The notes: generated from the letters alone by a model not told the origin. A DNA stretch of 64,000 nt from an uncultured cyanobacterium (GCA_963793265.1 CAWBZI010000006.1:1024001-1088000), one strand, 5' to 3'; positions 34,457-45,062 are shown, counted from the first letter of the stretch. A program made the numbers and translations.

Positions 34457-35461
34457 TTACTTGTAGCTTGCAACCTTATCAGCAGGCAGACGAGACTGTA
34501 TACTCTTCTCCTCATCTGATTGGGCAACTGGCACCCTAGCACCCAGTCCTGGCAGCAATTTCTTAGCCATGTCAGGGCTTTCTTCTAACAGAAATTGCAA
34601 GAACGTTTCGGCTACAACAGAAAGCTGTTTACCTGCTAAATTAGCCACGTACCAGTGCCGCTCAATCGGAAATCCCTGCACGTCTAAAATGGCAAATTCT
34701 CCGGTGGTGCCTTCAGAGATAATCGTGTGCTGAGAGAGCACAGAAATACCGAGGCCGCCTGCGATCGCCTGCTTGATGGCCTCATTACTACCCAGCTCCA
34801 AACGCACCCTTACCTTAATATCTTTCTCGTCAAACAGCTTCTCTACCGCCGTTCGCGTCCCCGAACCCGGCTCACGCATAATAAAAGACTCATTATTAAG
34901 CGCCTCAATCGGAATATTCTTTTCCTGAGCCAGCGGATGACTGGTCGGGGCAATCACCACCAGCGGATTTTCTAAAAAGGGATGCACGGCCAAATCAGGC
35001 TGGCTCGGCGCTTGGCTAATAATGTACAGGTCGTCCTCGTTGGTAGACATGCTCTCTTGAATCAGCTTGTGATTCGTCACCTTTAGCGAGATGTCAATGC
35101 CAGGAAAGCGCTTACAAAAAGGCCCTAATAGCCTTGGCACAAAATACTTAGCTGTTGTAATCACAGCCAGCTTCAGCTTGCCTTGCTTCATTCCCTTAAG
35201 ATCGGCTACTGACATTTCAAACTGCTCAAGTCCCTGAAAAATCTCCTGGCAGGTCGCCAGCAGCTTTTGCCCCGCTTCCGTCAAATACAGCCGCTTCCCA
35301 ACTTGCTCAAACAAGGGTAGGCCGACTGCTTTTGTAAGCTGCTTCACCTGAATAGAAACGGTTGGCTGTGTCAGATACAACTCCTCCGCAGCGCGAGTAA
35401 AGCTCCCATGGCGAGCTGTCGCTTCAAAAACTTTCAACTGATGGAGCGTTGCATGAATCAC
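34457..35461 (-). CDS. ccmR: CbbR-type LysR regulator, probably CcmR/NdhR
   Basis: IHATLHQLKVFEATARHGSFTRAAEEL, TTAKYFVPRLLG, REPGSGTR, LELGSNEAIKQ; GTG start 35461; upstream ATAG-N8-CTAT box. CmpR cannot be fully excluded. Confidence 0.8.
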   Translation of the reverse strand: MIHATLHQLKVFEATARHGSFTRAAEELYLTQPTVSIQVKQLTKAVGLPLFEQVGKRLYLTEAGQKLLATCQEIFQGLEQFEMSVADLKGMKQGKLKLAVITTAKYFVPRLLGPFCKRFPGIDISLKVTNHKLIQESMSTNEDDLYIISQAPSQPDLAVHPFLENPLVVIAPTSHPLAQEKNIPIEALNNESFIMREPGSGTRTAVEKLFDEKDIKVRVRLELGSNEAIKQAIAGGLGISVLSQHTIISEGTTGEFAILDVQGFPIERHWYVANLAGKQLSVVAETFLQFLLEESPDMAKKLLPGLGARVPVAQSDEEKSIQSRLPADKVASYK

Positions 35462-35549
35462 AGGAAAACTACCTCTTAATATGACGCTAGCAGGATAAAC
35501 GTTGCGACGACTAGAAACGCTATCTAGACTAAAAAGCCTAGATTCATCC

Positions 35550-35565
35550 ATAGACAAGAGTCTAT
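35550..35565. promoter_or_regulatory. CcmR/NdhR-type operator ATAG-N8-CTAT
   Basis: ATAG ACAAGAGT CTAT about 90 bp upstream of the LysR start. Confidence 0.7.
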
Positions 35566-35700
35566 CAGAGAATCAAATGATATGGGATATTTCTATGCAA
35601 GCTACCATTCAAAGGCATCTAATTCGTTATAAACCAGATGCCTATATCTGGTAAGTAGTATTTTGAACAAAGATGTCTGCGGTCATTTCCAAGGTGATTA

Positions 35701-36690
35701 ATGCCGATTTATTTCTTCTGGGGTGCTGATGAGTTTCGTCTAAAAAAGGCGGTGACCACGCTGCGCGATCGCACCCTTGATCCTGACTGGGCCAGCTTCA
35801 ACTACGACCGCCTCCCGCCAGAGCTATCCGATGCCCCTATGCAGGCACTTAACCAGGCCATGACGCCACCTTTTGGCATTGGCAAGCGGCTCGTGTGGCT
35901 GGCAGATACCACCCTGGGCCAGCGCTGCTCTGAGGAGGTTATGACTGAAATGGAACGGACGCTGCCGCTGGTGCCAGAGACGACTGTGCTGCTGCTGACT
36001 AGCGAAACTAAGCCAGACGGACGGCTTAAGTCTACTAAGCTGCTGAAGAAATATGCAGAGGTGCGGGAGTTTGCAGCGATCGCCCCCTGGCAAACCGATC
36101 AAATGATCGATCAGGTCAAACGGGTCGCCCAGGAAATGAACCTGCGAATCAAGCCTCAGTCGGCGGCACTACTCGCTGAAGCCGTTGGTGCTAACACCCG
36201 TAGACTCTACAACGAAGTCGAAAAGCTCAGCCTGTATTGGAGCAAAAACGGCAAAATAAAAACAGAGCCTTTGCCGCCAGAGGTAATCACGCAGCTCGTT
36301 ACAGTAAGCACCCAAACCAGCTTTCAGCTTTCAGAAGCACTCGTCGCCGGAAGAACAGATCAGGCACTCAGCCTAGCGAGCGACCTATTAGCAAACAATG
36401 AGCCAGCGCTGAAGGTCGTTGCGACTCTAGTTGGGCAGTTTCGGAAATGGCTTTGGGTCGCTTTGATGGCCGCTGAGGGCGAGCGAGATACGAGGGCGAT
36501 CGCTAAAGCTGCCGAAATCAACAATCCCAAACGCGTCTACATCCTGCAAAAGCAAATACGCGGCTGCTCTCCTAATCAGCTTCGCAAAGCCTTGGCCCTC
36601 CTGCTCGATCTCGAATTTAAGCTTAAACGCGGCGCGCCCGACGAGATCACACTACAAACCAAAGTCATCGAAATTGCCAGTTGTTTTTAG
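35701..36690 (+). CDS. holA: DNA polymerase III delta subunit
   Basis: MPIYFFWG.DEF, AMTPPFG.G.RLVW, KPDGRLKSTK. Confidence 0.93.
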   Translation: MPIYFFWGADEFRLKKAVTTLRDRTLDPDWASFNYDRLPPELSDAPMQALNQAMTPPFGIGKRLVWLADTTLGQRCSEEVMTEMERTLPLVPETTVLLLTSETKPDGRLKSTKLLKKYAEVREFAAIAPWQTDQMIDQVKRVAQEMNLRIKPQSAALLAEAVGANTRRLYNEVEKLSLYWSKNGKIKTEPLPPEVITQLVTVSTQTSFQLSEALVAGRTDQALSLASDLLANNEPALKVVATLVGQFRKWLWVALMAAEGERDTRAIAKAAEINNPKRVYILQKQIRGCSPNQLRKALALLLDLEFKLKRGAPDEITLQTKVIEIASCF

Positions 36691-36849
36691 ATCTGCGCTT
36701 GTAGCGATCGCGCCCCCTAAAATCTCACGGCGTCCGAAACAACAAACACTTGACGACAATGGGACACCCCTCCTCTAGAATATGCAGATGAATCACGCAC
36801 TAAAGCGTCTAAACCATCTGTATATATTGAGGGGTTCAGATTAATCGTC

Positions 36850-37317
36850 ATGGCTTTCAAAACGCATCGTCATCTTGCCTGGCTAGCGATAGCCGCTGGT
36901 ACGCTAACGTTCACCCAGTTTGGAGCAGTCATCACCCAAGCGCTGTTTTCCCCAGCTCACGCCCAAGAAATTACCGAAACAGATGTAGCAAACTATGCCA
37001 ACGCCGTTTTTGACATTGAAGTGCTGAGAATAGCGGCTTATGACGCTGCTGATCAGACGCTTATTACAGCCGGTAGCGAAGTTGGCGTATCAGAAACGCC
37101 CTTGAGCTGCACCGCCAGCGATATGTCAGACATGCCCGATATGGCTAAGCCCGATCAGGTGAGCTTGCGCACGGTGCTCGTTGAGTTTTGCAATGAGGCC
37201 AGCGACGCGGTGAGGGCAAATAGCCTAACGCCCCAAGAATTTAACGCTATTACAGCCGCGCATCAGGCAGATCCGGCACTTGCTGAGCAGATTCAGGCAG
37301 TGCTTAGCGACCTGTAG
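36850..37317 (+). CDS. DUF4168-like exported protein
   Basis: Signal peptide ..AHA|Q, YA.AV..IE..R, FCN....V..N.LT...FN.IT.....DP.L. Confidence 0.75.
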   Translation: MAFKTHRHLAWLAIAAGTLTFTQFGAVITQALFSPAHAQEITETDVANYANAVFDIEVLRIAAYDAADQTLITAGSEVGVSETPLSCTASDMSDMPDMAKPDQVSLRTVLVEFCNEASDAVRANSLTPQEFNAITAAHQADPALAEQIQAVLSDL

Positions 37318-37400
37318 AGGCGGTTAGCGCTACAATTGCGTACTGAGCGCTTCTATTGACCTTTTCTCTGCTGACCTTTTTACCTGCTGACCTTCTTACT

Positions 37401-38468
37401 ATGCAATTTATTGACCAGGCCGAAATTGAAGTAGAAGGTGGCACAGGTGGCGACGGCATGACCTCCTTTCGGCGGGAAAAGTACGTCCCAGCCGGAGGCC
37501 CGTCTGGCGGCACAGGTGGCAACGGCGGCTCAGTAGTATTAGAAGCCAACAGCAATTTACAAACCCTTCTAGACTTTCGCTACAAGCACCGCTTCCGCGC
37601 ACCAGATGGCGAAAAGGGCGGCTCTAAAAATAAGACGGGTGCCACAGGTGAGGACTTGCTAATCGAAGTTCCCTGCGGCACTTTGGTATACAACCTGGAA
37701 ACAGACGCAGTGATGGGAGACTTGACCGAGCCTGGTCAGCAGCTTGTAATCGCGCCGGGTGGTAAAGGCGGACTGGGTAACCGTCATTTTTTGAGCAACC
37801 GTAACCGTGCCCCTGAGCGATCGCAACCCGGCGCACCCGGCGCTATTCGCAGCGTCAAGCTAGAACTCAAGCTCTTAGCTGAAGTCGGCATCATCGGCCT
37901 ACCCAACGCAGGCAAATCAACCCTGATCTCAACGCTCTCGTCTGCCAAACCCAAAATTGCCGACTATCCTTTTACTACGCTCATTCCCAACTTGGGCGTC
38001 GTTCGTAAGCCTACTGGCGACGGCACTTTATTTGCCGACATTCCAGGACTCATTGAAGGCGCTCACGAGGGGCAGGGCTTAGGCCACGACTTCTTGCGCC
38101 ACATTGAGCGCACGAAGCTACTGCTGCATTTAGTCGATGGCACCGCTGAAGATCCAGTTGCCGACTATCGCACTATTCAACAAGAGCTTATTGCCTACGG
38201 TCAGGGGTTAGCGAGCAAACCCCAGCTGCTCGCGATTAATAAAATAGACGCTTTGCTCGAAGAGGAAGTCGATGAGATTGCAGCTCAGCTTGCACTGCTG
38301 ACAGGGGAGAAAGTTTTTCGGATCTCGGCGGTTAGCCGTGAGGGTGAAGATGAATTGCTTAGAGCCGTGTGGAAGCTGTTGGATGAAACGAATGATGCGA
38401 TCGCAACCGAAGCGGCCCGCACCGCCCAAGCCATCGTTGAATTCAACACGCCTATTCTGCGTTCCTAA
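37401..38468 (+). CDS. obgE: GTPase ObgE/CgtA
   Basis: [44 protein letters not shown]. Confidence 0.97.
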   Translation: MQFIDQAEIEVEGGTGGDGMTSFRREKYVPAGGPSGGTGGNGGSVVLEANSNLQTLLDFRYKHRFRAPDGEKGGSKNKTGATGEDLLIEVPCGTLVYNLETDAVMGDLTEPGQQLVIAPGGKGGLGNRHFLSNRNRAPERSQPGAPGAIRSVKLELKLLAEVGIIGLPNAGKSTLISTLSSAKPKIADYPFTTLIPNLGVVRKPTGDGTLFADIPGLIEGAHEGQGLGHDFLRHIERTKLLLHLVDGTAEDPVADYRTIQQELIAYGQGLASKPQLLAINKIDALLEEEVDEIAAQLALLTGEKVFRISAVSREGEDELLRAVWKLLDETNDAIATEAARTAQAIVEFNTPILRS

Positions 38469-38489
38469 AAAGCTGGAAGCAAAGAGCCC

Positions 38490-39149
38490 TTAGACACCAA
38501 TTTTCGGGCACACGTCAGCCAGCGGGCAGCTTTCACACTTCGGATACTGACCTTTGCAAATGTTCTTGCCAAAGGGCATCAGCAATCGGTTTGTATCAAT
38601 CCAGTACTTCTCTGGCAGCTTTTCTTCAAGCGCCTTTGTCGTTTTCTCAGGCGTCTTAGTCGCAACATAGCCCCAGCGATTCATCACCCGATGCACGTGC
38701 ACATCCACGCTGATATACGGCTGCTGGCAGGCAATGCCCAAAGCTAAATGAGCGCACTTAGGGCCGACGCCTTTGAAGCCAAGCAGTGTGGCCTCATCAC
38801 AGGGAAGATTGCCGTTATGGTTTTGAATGATGTCTTGTGCGATCGCCAAAATCTGCCCCGCCTTTCGCTCAGCATAAGTACTCTTAGCAATCAGCTTCTC
38901 AATTTCTGCGACCGACAGCGCTGCCATCGCCTCCGGCGTATTCGCCCGCGCAAATAATTGCCGAGACACTGGCAAGCTTACTTCGTCATAGGTACGGATC
39001 GAGATAATGCACGAAACCAACTGCTCAAATGCAGACGTATAGCCTTCTTCGGCAAGCTGGAACATCGCTGCGCGCGGATACGACTGCATGACATCAGCTA
39101 AGCGAGCGAACGCAGTTTCAATCGTCTTAAGGTCAAGAGGAGAAGGCAT
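38490..39149 (-). CDS. nth: Endonuclease III (HhH-GPD, 4Fe-4S)
   Basis: GVGPKCA HhH, VDVHVHR, C-x6-C-x2-C-x5-C. Confidence 0.9.
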   Translation of the reverse strand: MPSPLDLKTIETAFARLADVMQSYPRAAMFQLAEEGYTSAFEQLVSCIISIRTYDEVSLPVSRQLFARANTPEAMAALSVAEIEKLIAKSTYAERKAGQILAIAQDIIQNHNGNLPCDEATLLGFKGVGPKCAHLALGIACQQPYISVDVHVHRVMNRWGYVATKTPEKTTKALEEKLPEKYWIDTNRLLMPFGKNICKGQYPKCESCPLADVCPKIGV

Positions 39150-39279
39150 GGTAAGGGGAATTTATAGCCCTTCCAGCCTAAATAAATTTACCGCAGCAAG
39201 CATCGCTCTAAGAGTTCATTTAAACCCTTGCCCACCCAGGCGCATCGTATGCTACATTTTATAAGCCGTAGATGGTTGT

Positions 39280-39364
39280 GGGTCAGTGCCCGAGTGGTTA
39301 ATGGGGGTGGACTGTAAATCCACTAGCTATGCTTACGCTGGTTCGAATCCAGCCTGGCCCACCA
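39280..39364 (+). tRNA. trnY: tRNA-Tyr(GTA), CCA encoded
   Basis: Acceptor GGGTCAG/CTGGCCC, anticodon arm GTGGA-CTGTAAA-TCCAC, long variable arm, GGTTCGAATCC. Confidence 0.97.
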
Positions 39365-39415
39365 TCTACTGCACGCTCCTAGTTTTCATTTCATAACCAG
39401 GAACTTCGTAGTTTT

Positions 39416-39487
39416 GCCCATGTGGCTCAGTGGTAGAGCACACCCTTGGTAAGGGTGAGGTCACGAGTTCAATCCTCGTCATGGGCT
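39416..39487 (+). tRNA. trnT: tRNA-Thr(GGT), CCA not encoded
   Basis: GCCCATG/CATGGGC acceptor, CACCC-TTGGTAA-GGGTG, GTTCAATC. Confidence 0.97.
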
Positions 39488-39520
39488 TCTTATTTCAAGT
39501 TTTTTCTGCTCAACGACAGC

Positions 39521-39697
39521 TTACTCAACGACTCGGAGCCGACCCGCATTAAGGGCTTCGTATATTTTGTTGATCAGCGCTTCGTCCGCAGCGCTAATTT
39601 TGCCACTGGCAAACACCGACATTAAAAACGCCTGGTCAGTTCTCGTAATCTGACGAGCCGCAAATATTTTGGCAACTCTCTCTTCGATAGAAGGCAT
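39521..39697 (-). CDS. Small conserved-type cyanobacterial hypothetical protein
   Basis: MPSIEERVAKIFAARQITR.DQ...I.....G.LRVVE, 58 aa from ATG 39697. Confidence 0.7.
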   Translation of the reverse strand: MPSIEERVAKIFAARQITRTDQAFLMSVFASGKISAADEALINKIYEALNAGRLRVVE

Positions 39698-39893
39698 AGG
39701 CAAAATGGCGTCAGTCGCAATGGGCTGCTGGGTGTCAGATTACTGACTTAAGCAGGCTTACAGCTAATAGGATGCCCGTTTTTACAAAGCTAGCCACCTA
39801 AATAGCTCAGTCAGTTGTACGCAACAAAAGACGCTATCGAACTCAGATAGAACTTGATGAGCCAGTTTTGAAGGCGACTGTTCTAAAAGCTAT

Positions 39894-39930
39894 AAAAAAA
39901 GCAGAACCACCTGCATTAGGATAGTTCTGC
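39894..39930 (-). terminator. Intrinsic terminator after rpe
   Basis: Minus strand GCAGAACUAUCC...GGUGGUUCUGC followed by U7. Confidence 0.75.
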
Positions 39931-39983
39931 CTTCGTGAGAAGACAGACTCTCGAAAGAACCTGCCTTCACGTTGCGCGTATCC

Positions 39984-40691
39984 CTACACAGCAGCTAGCT
40001 CAGGAACAGGACGCTTGCTGTTGCGAATATCTTTGATAGCCGTCGCATAATCATCTGCTTTAAAAACGGCAGAGCCAGCCACAATTGCGTTTGCACCGGC
40101 TTCTAGAACCTGCCAGGTGTTGTGAGACTTGAGGCCACCATCAACTTCAATCCAGGGGTCAAGACCTCTTTCATCACACATCGCTCTGAGCTTTTGAATC
40201 TTAGGAATCACGCCTGGAATAAAGCTCTGCCCGCCAAAGCCAGGGTTTACACTCATGATCAAAATGAGGTCGCAAAGCTCTAGCGAGTACTCAATCATGT
40301 CAAGGCTGGTGCCAGGGTTAAGGACGACGCCTGCCTGCTTGCCACACTCTTTGATTTGGCCCAGTGTGCGGTGCAGGTGAGGAGATGCGTTGTGCTCGCA
40401 GTGAACTGAGATAATATCGGCACCTGCTTTAGCAAAGTCCTCTACGTACTTCTCAGGCTCTACAATCATCAGGTGCACGTCTAAAGGCTTATCAGTCATA
40501 GGCCGTACGGCTTCGACAATCATGGGGCCAATCGTGATGTTAGGCACAAAGCGACCGTCCATCACATCGATATGAATCCAGTCGGCACCTGCTTTATCAA
40601 CGGCGCGGATTTCTTCACCCAAACGGCCAAAGTCAGCAGACAAAATCGACGGTGAAATGACAACAGATTTATTGGACTGAGTATTTGCCAT
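39984..40691 (-). CDS. rpe: Ribulose-phosphate 3-epimerase
   Basis: [36 protein letters not shown]. Confidence 0.98.
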   Translation of the reverse strand: MANTQSNKSVVISPSILSADFGRLGEEIRAVDKAGADWIHIDVMDGRFVPNITIGPMIVEAVRPMTDKPLDVHLMIVEPEKYVEDFAKAGADIISVHCEHNASPHLHRTLGQIKECGKQAGVVLNPGTSLDMIEYSLELCDLILIMSVNPGFGGQSFIPGVIPKIQKLRAMCDERGLDPWIEVDGGLKSHNTWQVLEAGANAIVAGSAVFKADDYATAIKDIRNSKRPVPELAAV

Positions 40692-40965
40692 AGGGGAGCA
40701 GCCTCGCGCGAGTAAAATGTTTGCGTATAGCTATAGAGAAAGATCTATATAGTGTGATCATTGTAACAAAATATTTATACTCCCTATACGAAAGTTCAGG
40801 ATTTGAAACTTAAGAGTCTGCGTTTAGGTGCTCAATTCACGAACTCAAAGCTTAGAAGCGGCTGTGATAGGGAGACTGAATTTCTCAGGTTTTAATAACT
40901 TTAGCCAATTACGCTAGAGTTGCTTTATTGAATTTATCTCTTACTTTCATCGAACGGCGATCGCT

Positions 40966-42609
40966 ATGGGCATGACCGGACAATCATTTCAGTACTGGCA
41001 AACCCTTCTCAAAGGCGTTGGAAAGGGTATCGGCAAAGGTGCCGCTAAAGGCATTGGCTTTGGCGCACTGGCAATCGCACTCCCCGCCGTAGCCCTCTCC
41101 GATTCAGTTGGCCCAGGCGGTATAGATGCCCTCAGACTGCGCGAAGCACCCTACAACCTCACGGGTCGTAAAATCGCCATTGGGCAGGTAGAAATCGGTC
41201 GCCCCGGCCAGTTTGGGATTGATAAAATCGCCGATAGCGAGCTGCCTGTGCGGGTGGGGCGAATTTTTGAGCTAAACGGGCCTGCGATCGCCGACGAATC
41301 AGTAGACGGCCATGCTAACAACGTTGCCAGCGTCATGGTCAGCCAAGACAAGCTGCTTCAAGGCGTTGCCCCTGATGCCTTTTTATACTCTGCGGCGGTC
41401 GGCACCCTCACAGAATTTACCGGCCAGCAGGAAGAATGCTTAGCCTCTCAGCACGTTGCTCTGCAAAATAGCGGCGACGTTCGCGCCATCAACTTCAGCT
41501 TTGGCGAACCGCTCAGCCGAGACGAGCGGCCCAACGCGCAGCTAGACGGTGAAGCGCTCCTTACCCAGTGCATTGACTGGTCGTCTCGCGTCCACAAGCT
41601 GCTCTACGTCATCGCCGGGAACCAGGGCCGAGGCGGCATTCCCATTCCTACTGACAACTTCAACGGCATCAACGTCGCCTACTCCAAACGAGTTGATGGC
41701 CAGTTCGTTCGAGTAGACTACGCCAACCTCAGCAGTGAGCCCGTCCGCACCTCTTACTACGGCACCGGCCCAGAATCGAATGTCGGGGCGCGCCGCTCCA
41801 TCAATATCGTCGCCCCCGGCAGCAATATTGAAATGTTCGATCCTAACGGTAGTCGGATCACCAGCAGCGGCAGCAGCTTTGCCGCGCCTCATGTGGTGGC
41901 CACCGTTGCCCTATTGCAAGAGTTTGGCGATCGTCAGTTCCGCGCCGGAGCCGAGCAGTGGAGCTTGGATTCTAGAGAGCCGCTGGTGATGAAGTCAGTG
42001 ATTCTTAACGCCGCCGATAAACTTCAGGACACAGGCGACGGCAAGCTACTGGGCATGAGCCGCACCTTATTAGATGAAAGCGGGCGCGATTGGACAAACG
42101 GGGATGCCTATACCGACCAAAGCATTCCACTCCACGCCGAGCTAGGCACGGGTCATCTCAATGCGTTTAGAGCCTACGAGCAGCTTGCGGGCGGCGAGTG
42201 GGCACCCGGAAACGTCCCGGCTATCGGCTGGAACTACAGCAGTGAAGACTCAGATACCGCTAGCTCAAGTACTGAAGACTACATTTTCGAGCAGCCACTT
42301 GAGGGCGGCAGCTACGTTAGCGCAACCCTCTCTTGGGATCGCATCGTAGATATCAACTCTGATGACGACTATTTTGATGCTGGAGAAAACTTTACTGGCA
42401 AAGCGCTTGATAACTTAGACCTTTACCTTTTGCCCGCAGATACAGACGACTTGAGCCAAAGCGTGTGGTCTTCAGTGAGTACCGAAGACAGTCTAGAACA
42501 CCTTTTTATTCCAGTGCCGACGGACGGACGCTATAAGCTGCGCGTTGTGCAAAGAGGCGAAGAAGTGCAGCCCTATGCGATCGCCTGGTGGGCAAAACCA
42601 GCTTCGTAA
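40966..42609 (+). CDS. S8 family (subtilase) serine peptidase, exported
   Basis: IGQVEIG, DGHA..VA, IAGN oxyanion site, SGSSFAAPHV; C-terminal beta domain. Confidence 0.88.
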   Translation: MGMTGQSFQYWQTLLKGVGKGIGKGAAKGIGFGALAIALPAVALSDSVGPGGIDALRLREAPYNLTGRKIAIGQVEIGRPGQFGIDKIADSELPVRVGRIFELNGPAIADESVDGHANNVASVMVSQDKLLQGVAPDAFLYSAAVGTLTEFTGQQEECLASQHVALQNSGDVRAINFSFGEPLSRDERPNAQLDGEALLTQCIDWSSRVHKLLYVIAGNQGRGGIPIPTDNFNGINVAYSKRVDGQFVRVDYANLSSEPVRTSYYGTGPESNVGARRSINIVAPGSNIEMFDPNGSRITSSGSSFAAPHVVATVALLQEFGDRQFRAGAEQWSLDSREPLVMKSVILNAADKLQDTGDGKLLGMSRTLLDESGRDWTNGDAYTDQSIPLHAELGTGHLNAFRAYEQLAGGEWAPGNVPAIGWNYSSEDSDTASSSTEDYIFEQPLEGGSYVSATLSWDRIVDINSDDDYFDAGENFTGKALDNLDLYLLPADTDDLSQSVWSSVSTEDSLEHLFIPVPTDGRYKLRVVQRGEEVQPYAIAWWAKPAS

Positions 42610-42632
42610 GTCAGCTCTAAAAATCCATAGCA

Positions 42633-42666
42633 AAAACCCCCGAAAAGGTTAACTTTCGGGGGTTTT
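42633..42666. terminator. Bidirectional terminator between the S8 gene and tRNA-His
   Basis: AAAACCCCCGAAA...TTTCGGGGGTTTT. Confidence 0.85.
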
Positions 42667-42678
42667 ACGCTGTTAAAG

Positions 42679-42752
42679 GGCGAACGACGGGACTTGAACC
42701 CGCGAATGGTGGAATCACAATCCACTGCCTTAACCACTTGGCCACGCTCGCC
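42679..42752 (-). tRNA. trnH: tRNA-His(GTG) with encoded G-1
   Basis: G-GCGAGCG/CGTTCGC-C acceptor, GTGGA-TTGTGAT-TCCAC anticodon arm, GGTTCAAGTCC. Confidence 0.97.
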
Positions 42753-43118
42753 ATATTTGGACTATTAGTATATCACCGTTTTTTTACCTATCGCTAACTA
42801 TTTTCAAAATTTTCTTCAGAAGAAAAATGCAGCTATAAGAGGCCGAAAGCCCCTTGCGTAGGATATTTGGGCATAATCTTTAAGCTAACAGAAAAGGAAA
42901 ATTAGAGCTGAAGGTAGCGATTGGCGAAGATAGCGATCGCCTATGCGAGCTATCGAAGTTTGCGATCGCTTGTTGAGAAGAGACAGCTCAGAACTGCTAC
43001 TTCCGATACAACCCTTTGTAAACGAAATATTGAATAATAGTCATTAGACTCTTCAAAGTTCCTCAAGTCCGCTATCAATAGAAATAGTCCGTTCATACTT
43101 ACATTAAAGAGGTGTCTT

Positions 43119-44033
43119 TTGAAACCTGTGGTTGCTTCTACTGCTTACTTACTGATCTCGCACGGTAGCCGAGATCCTCGTCCGCAGGAGGCCATGAACC
43201 GGCTAGCAGACTTGGTGCGCCAGCATTTAGAGGCGTCAGTTCAGACTACAGAGCAGTCGCCGCAGAGCGATCACAGCGCTTCAAGAGAACCCGTAGCTTC
43301 ACCCAACGAACGTGCTTTTTTCGACGCTAGCTTCAATGGCAGCCCAGAAGAGCGTCACAGCAGCAATGCCACAACTTTACTCGCCAGACCTAAACTACAG
43401 ACCCTACCGACAAGACCTACTGAAATCATCGTCGGCACGGCCTGTTTAGAACTAGCGCCGATTCCACTAAGCCAGCAGATCTATGAATTTGGGCTCAGGT
43501 TAGAAGCCGCAGGGATAAAAGAGCTAAAGCTGCTACCCGTGTTTTTGATGCCAGGCGTGCACGTTATGAAAGACATTCCTGAAGAAATAGCAGCGGCTGA
43601 AGTGTTACTCAAAGACGTCTCTATTAAGCTCACCCTTTGTCCTCACTTAGGCAGTCATACCAAAATCAACGAAGTGTTAGCAGGCCGTTTGGCTTCAGTA
43701 CCAGCAGAGGGCTCTATTCTGGTAGCTCACGGCAGTCGTAGACCCAAAGGGAACCAGGCTATCAAAGGGTTGGCAAAGCGGCTTAATACAGCCGTTGCCT
43801 ATTGGTCAACGCCGCCAGATATTGAGTCGCAGGTGATCGACCTGATGCAACAGGGCTGTCAAAAGCTCACCATTTTGCCTTACTTCCTATTTGCAGGCGG
43901 CATCACTGATGCCATCACTCATCGCACAGAAGAGCTAGCGGAGCGTTTCCCTAAGGTCAACTTTCGACTGCTACCAACGCTAGGCGCGACCGAGGAAGTT
44001 GCTGGCCTAGCAGTAGAGCTAATTAGACGTTAA
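43119..44033 (+). CDS. cbiX: Sirohydrochlorin chelatase (CbiX/SirB), two-domain
   Basis: LISHGSRDPRP, P.FL..GVHV..DIP, LVAHGSR, PYFLF.G.ITD. Confidence 0.85.
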   Translation: MKPVVASTAYLLISHGSRDPRPQEAMNRLADLVRQHLEASVQTTEQSPQSDHSASREPVASPNERAFFDASFNGSPEERHSSNATTLLARPKLQTLPTRPTEIIVGTACLELAPIPLSQQIYEFGLRLEAAGIKELKLLPVFLMPGVHVMKDIPEEIAAAEVLLKDVSIKLTLCPHLGSHTKINEVLAGRLASVPAEGSILVAHGSRRPKGNQAIKGLAKRLNTAVAYWSTPPDIESQVIDLMQQGCQKLTILPYFLFAGGITDAITHRTEELAERFPKVNFRLLPTLGATEEVAGLAVELIRR

Positions 44034-44216
44034 TTAACTGGGCCTGACCGAAAATCCAAACGGCAACTGCGGCCCATCTCGTATCGTAGCTGGCAAAACA
44101 TTAGTGGCCCTTTTGCTTGAATAGTGCCATAACCTTTAATTTAGCCTCAGCTCGTAAGCGCTAAGGCTATTGTTTTCATAAGATTAATTTCTCCTGCAAA
44201 AGCCCTATTGCTGACT

Positions 44217-45062
44217 ATGCCGTCTAACTTATCCAATGCTTCGCGATCGCTACAACCTGACAAGCAGCCTTCGGTCAATACGCTAGGAAAGGTGTATCTG
44301 GTAGGGGCAGGGCCAGGCGATCCGGGGCTGCTGACGGTGAAGGCAAAGACACTGGTGGAGTGCGCAGACGTAGTGGTGTTCGATGCTTTGGTAAGTGAGC
44401 CGATATTAGGACTGATTAATCCGCGAGCCGAACGCATTCACGCAGGCAAACGGCGGGGGCGGCACTCGATGTCTCAAGCTGAAATTACGCAGGTGTTGCA
44501 CCAAAAGGCTCAGAAGCACGCCGTTGTGGTGCGGCTTAAAGGCGGCGACCCGTTTGTATTTGGGCGGGGCGGCGAAGAGATGGGCGACCTGATGGCAGCA
44601 GGGGTGCCGGTTGAGGTAGTACCGGGGATTACAGCGGGAATTGCAGCACCAGCCTACGCAGGGATTCCGGTGACGCACCGAGGGTATAGCTCGTCGGTCA
44701 CGTTTGTGACCGGTCATGAGTCGGCGGGGAAGTATCGGCCAGATGTGAACTGGCAGGCGATCGCGCAAGCCTCAGAAACCATCGTGATCTACATGGGTGT
44801 GCACAATCTACCGAACATCACACACTCACTCATGAATGCTGGCTTACCCGCTGAAACGCCTGTAGCTTTGGTTCGATGGGGCACGAGGCCCGAGCAAGAG
44901 GAGCTGATAGGCACTTTGGGCAGCATTGTTGAGAAGGTGGCCGCGAGTGGGTTTGAGGCTCCGGCGATCGCAATTGTCGGCAAAGTCGTCGATCTCAAAT
45001 CGCAGCTAGCACCGGCTTCTCCTATGCATAACGAACACTGGAATGCCGTTCAAAGCAGCTAA
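44217..45062 (+). CDS. cobA: Uroporphyrinogen-III C-methyltransferase
   Basis: VYLVGAGPGDPGLLT, RLKGGDPFVFGRGGEE, PVTHRG. Confidence 0.96.
   Translation: MPSNLSNASRSLQPDKQPSVNTLGKVYLVGAGPGDPGLLTVKAKTLVECADVVVFDALVSEPILGLINPRAERIHAGKRRGRHSMSQAEITQVLHQKAQKHAVVVRLKGGDPFVFGRGGEEMGDLMAAGVPVEVVPGITAGIAAPAYAGIPVTHRGYSSSVTFVTGHESAGKYRPDVNWQAIAQASETIVIYMGVHNLPNITHSLMNAGLPAETPVALVRWGTRPEQEELIGTLGSIVEKVAASGFEAPAIAIVGKVVDLKSQLAPASPMHNEHWNAVQSS

Noticed and set aside
39280..42752. tRNA genes as integration sites for an island
   Set aside because: No integrase, no duplicated tRNA 3' end seen, and the flanking genes (rpe, S8 peptidase, nth) look native
42753..43118. Cobalamin riboswitch or NtcA box upstream of cbiX-cobA (also looked near cobH)
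   Set aside because: No B12-box or GTA-N8-TAC match found by eye
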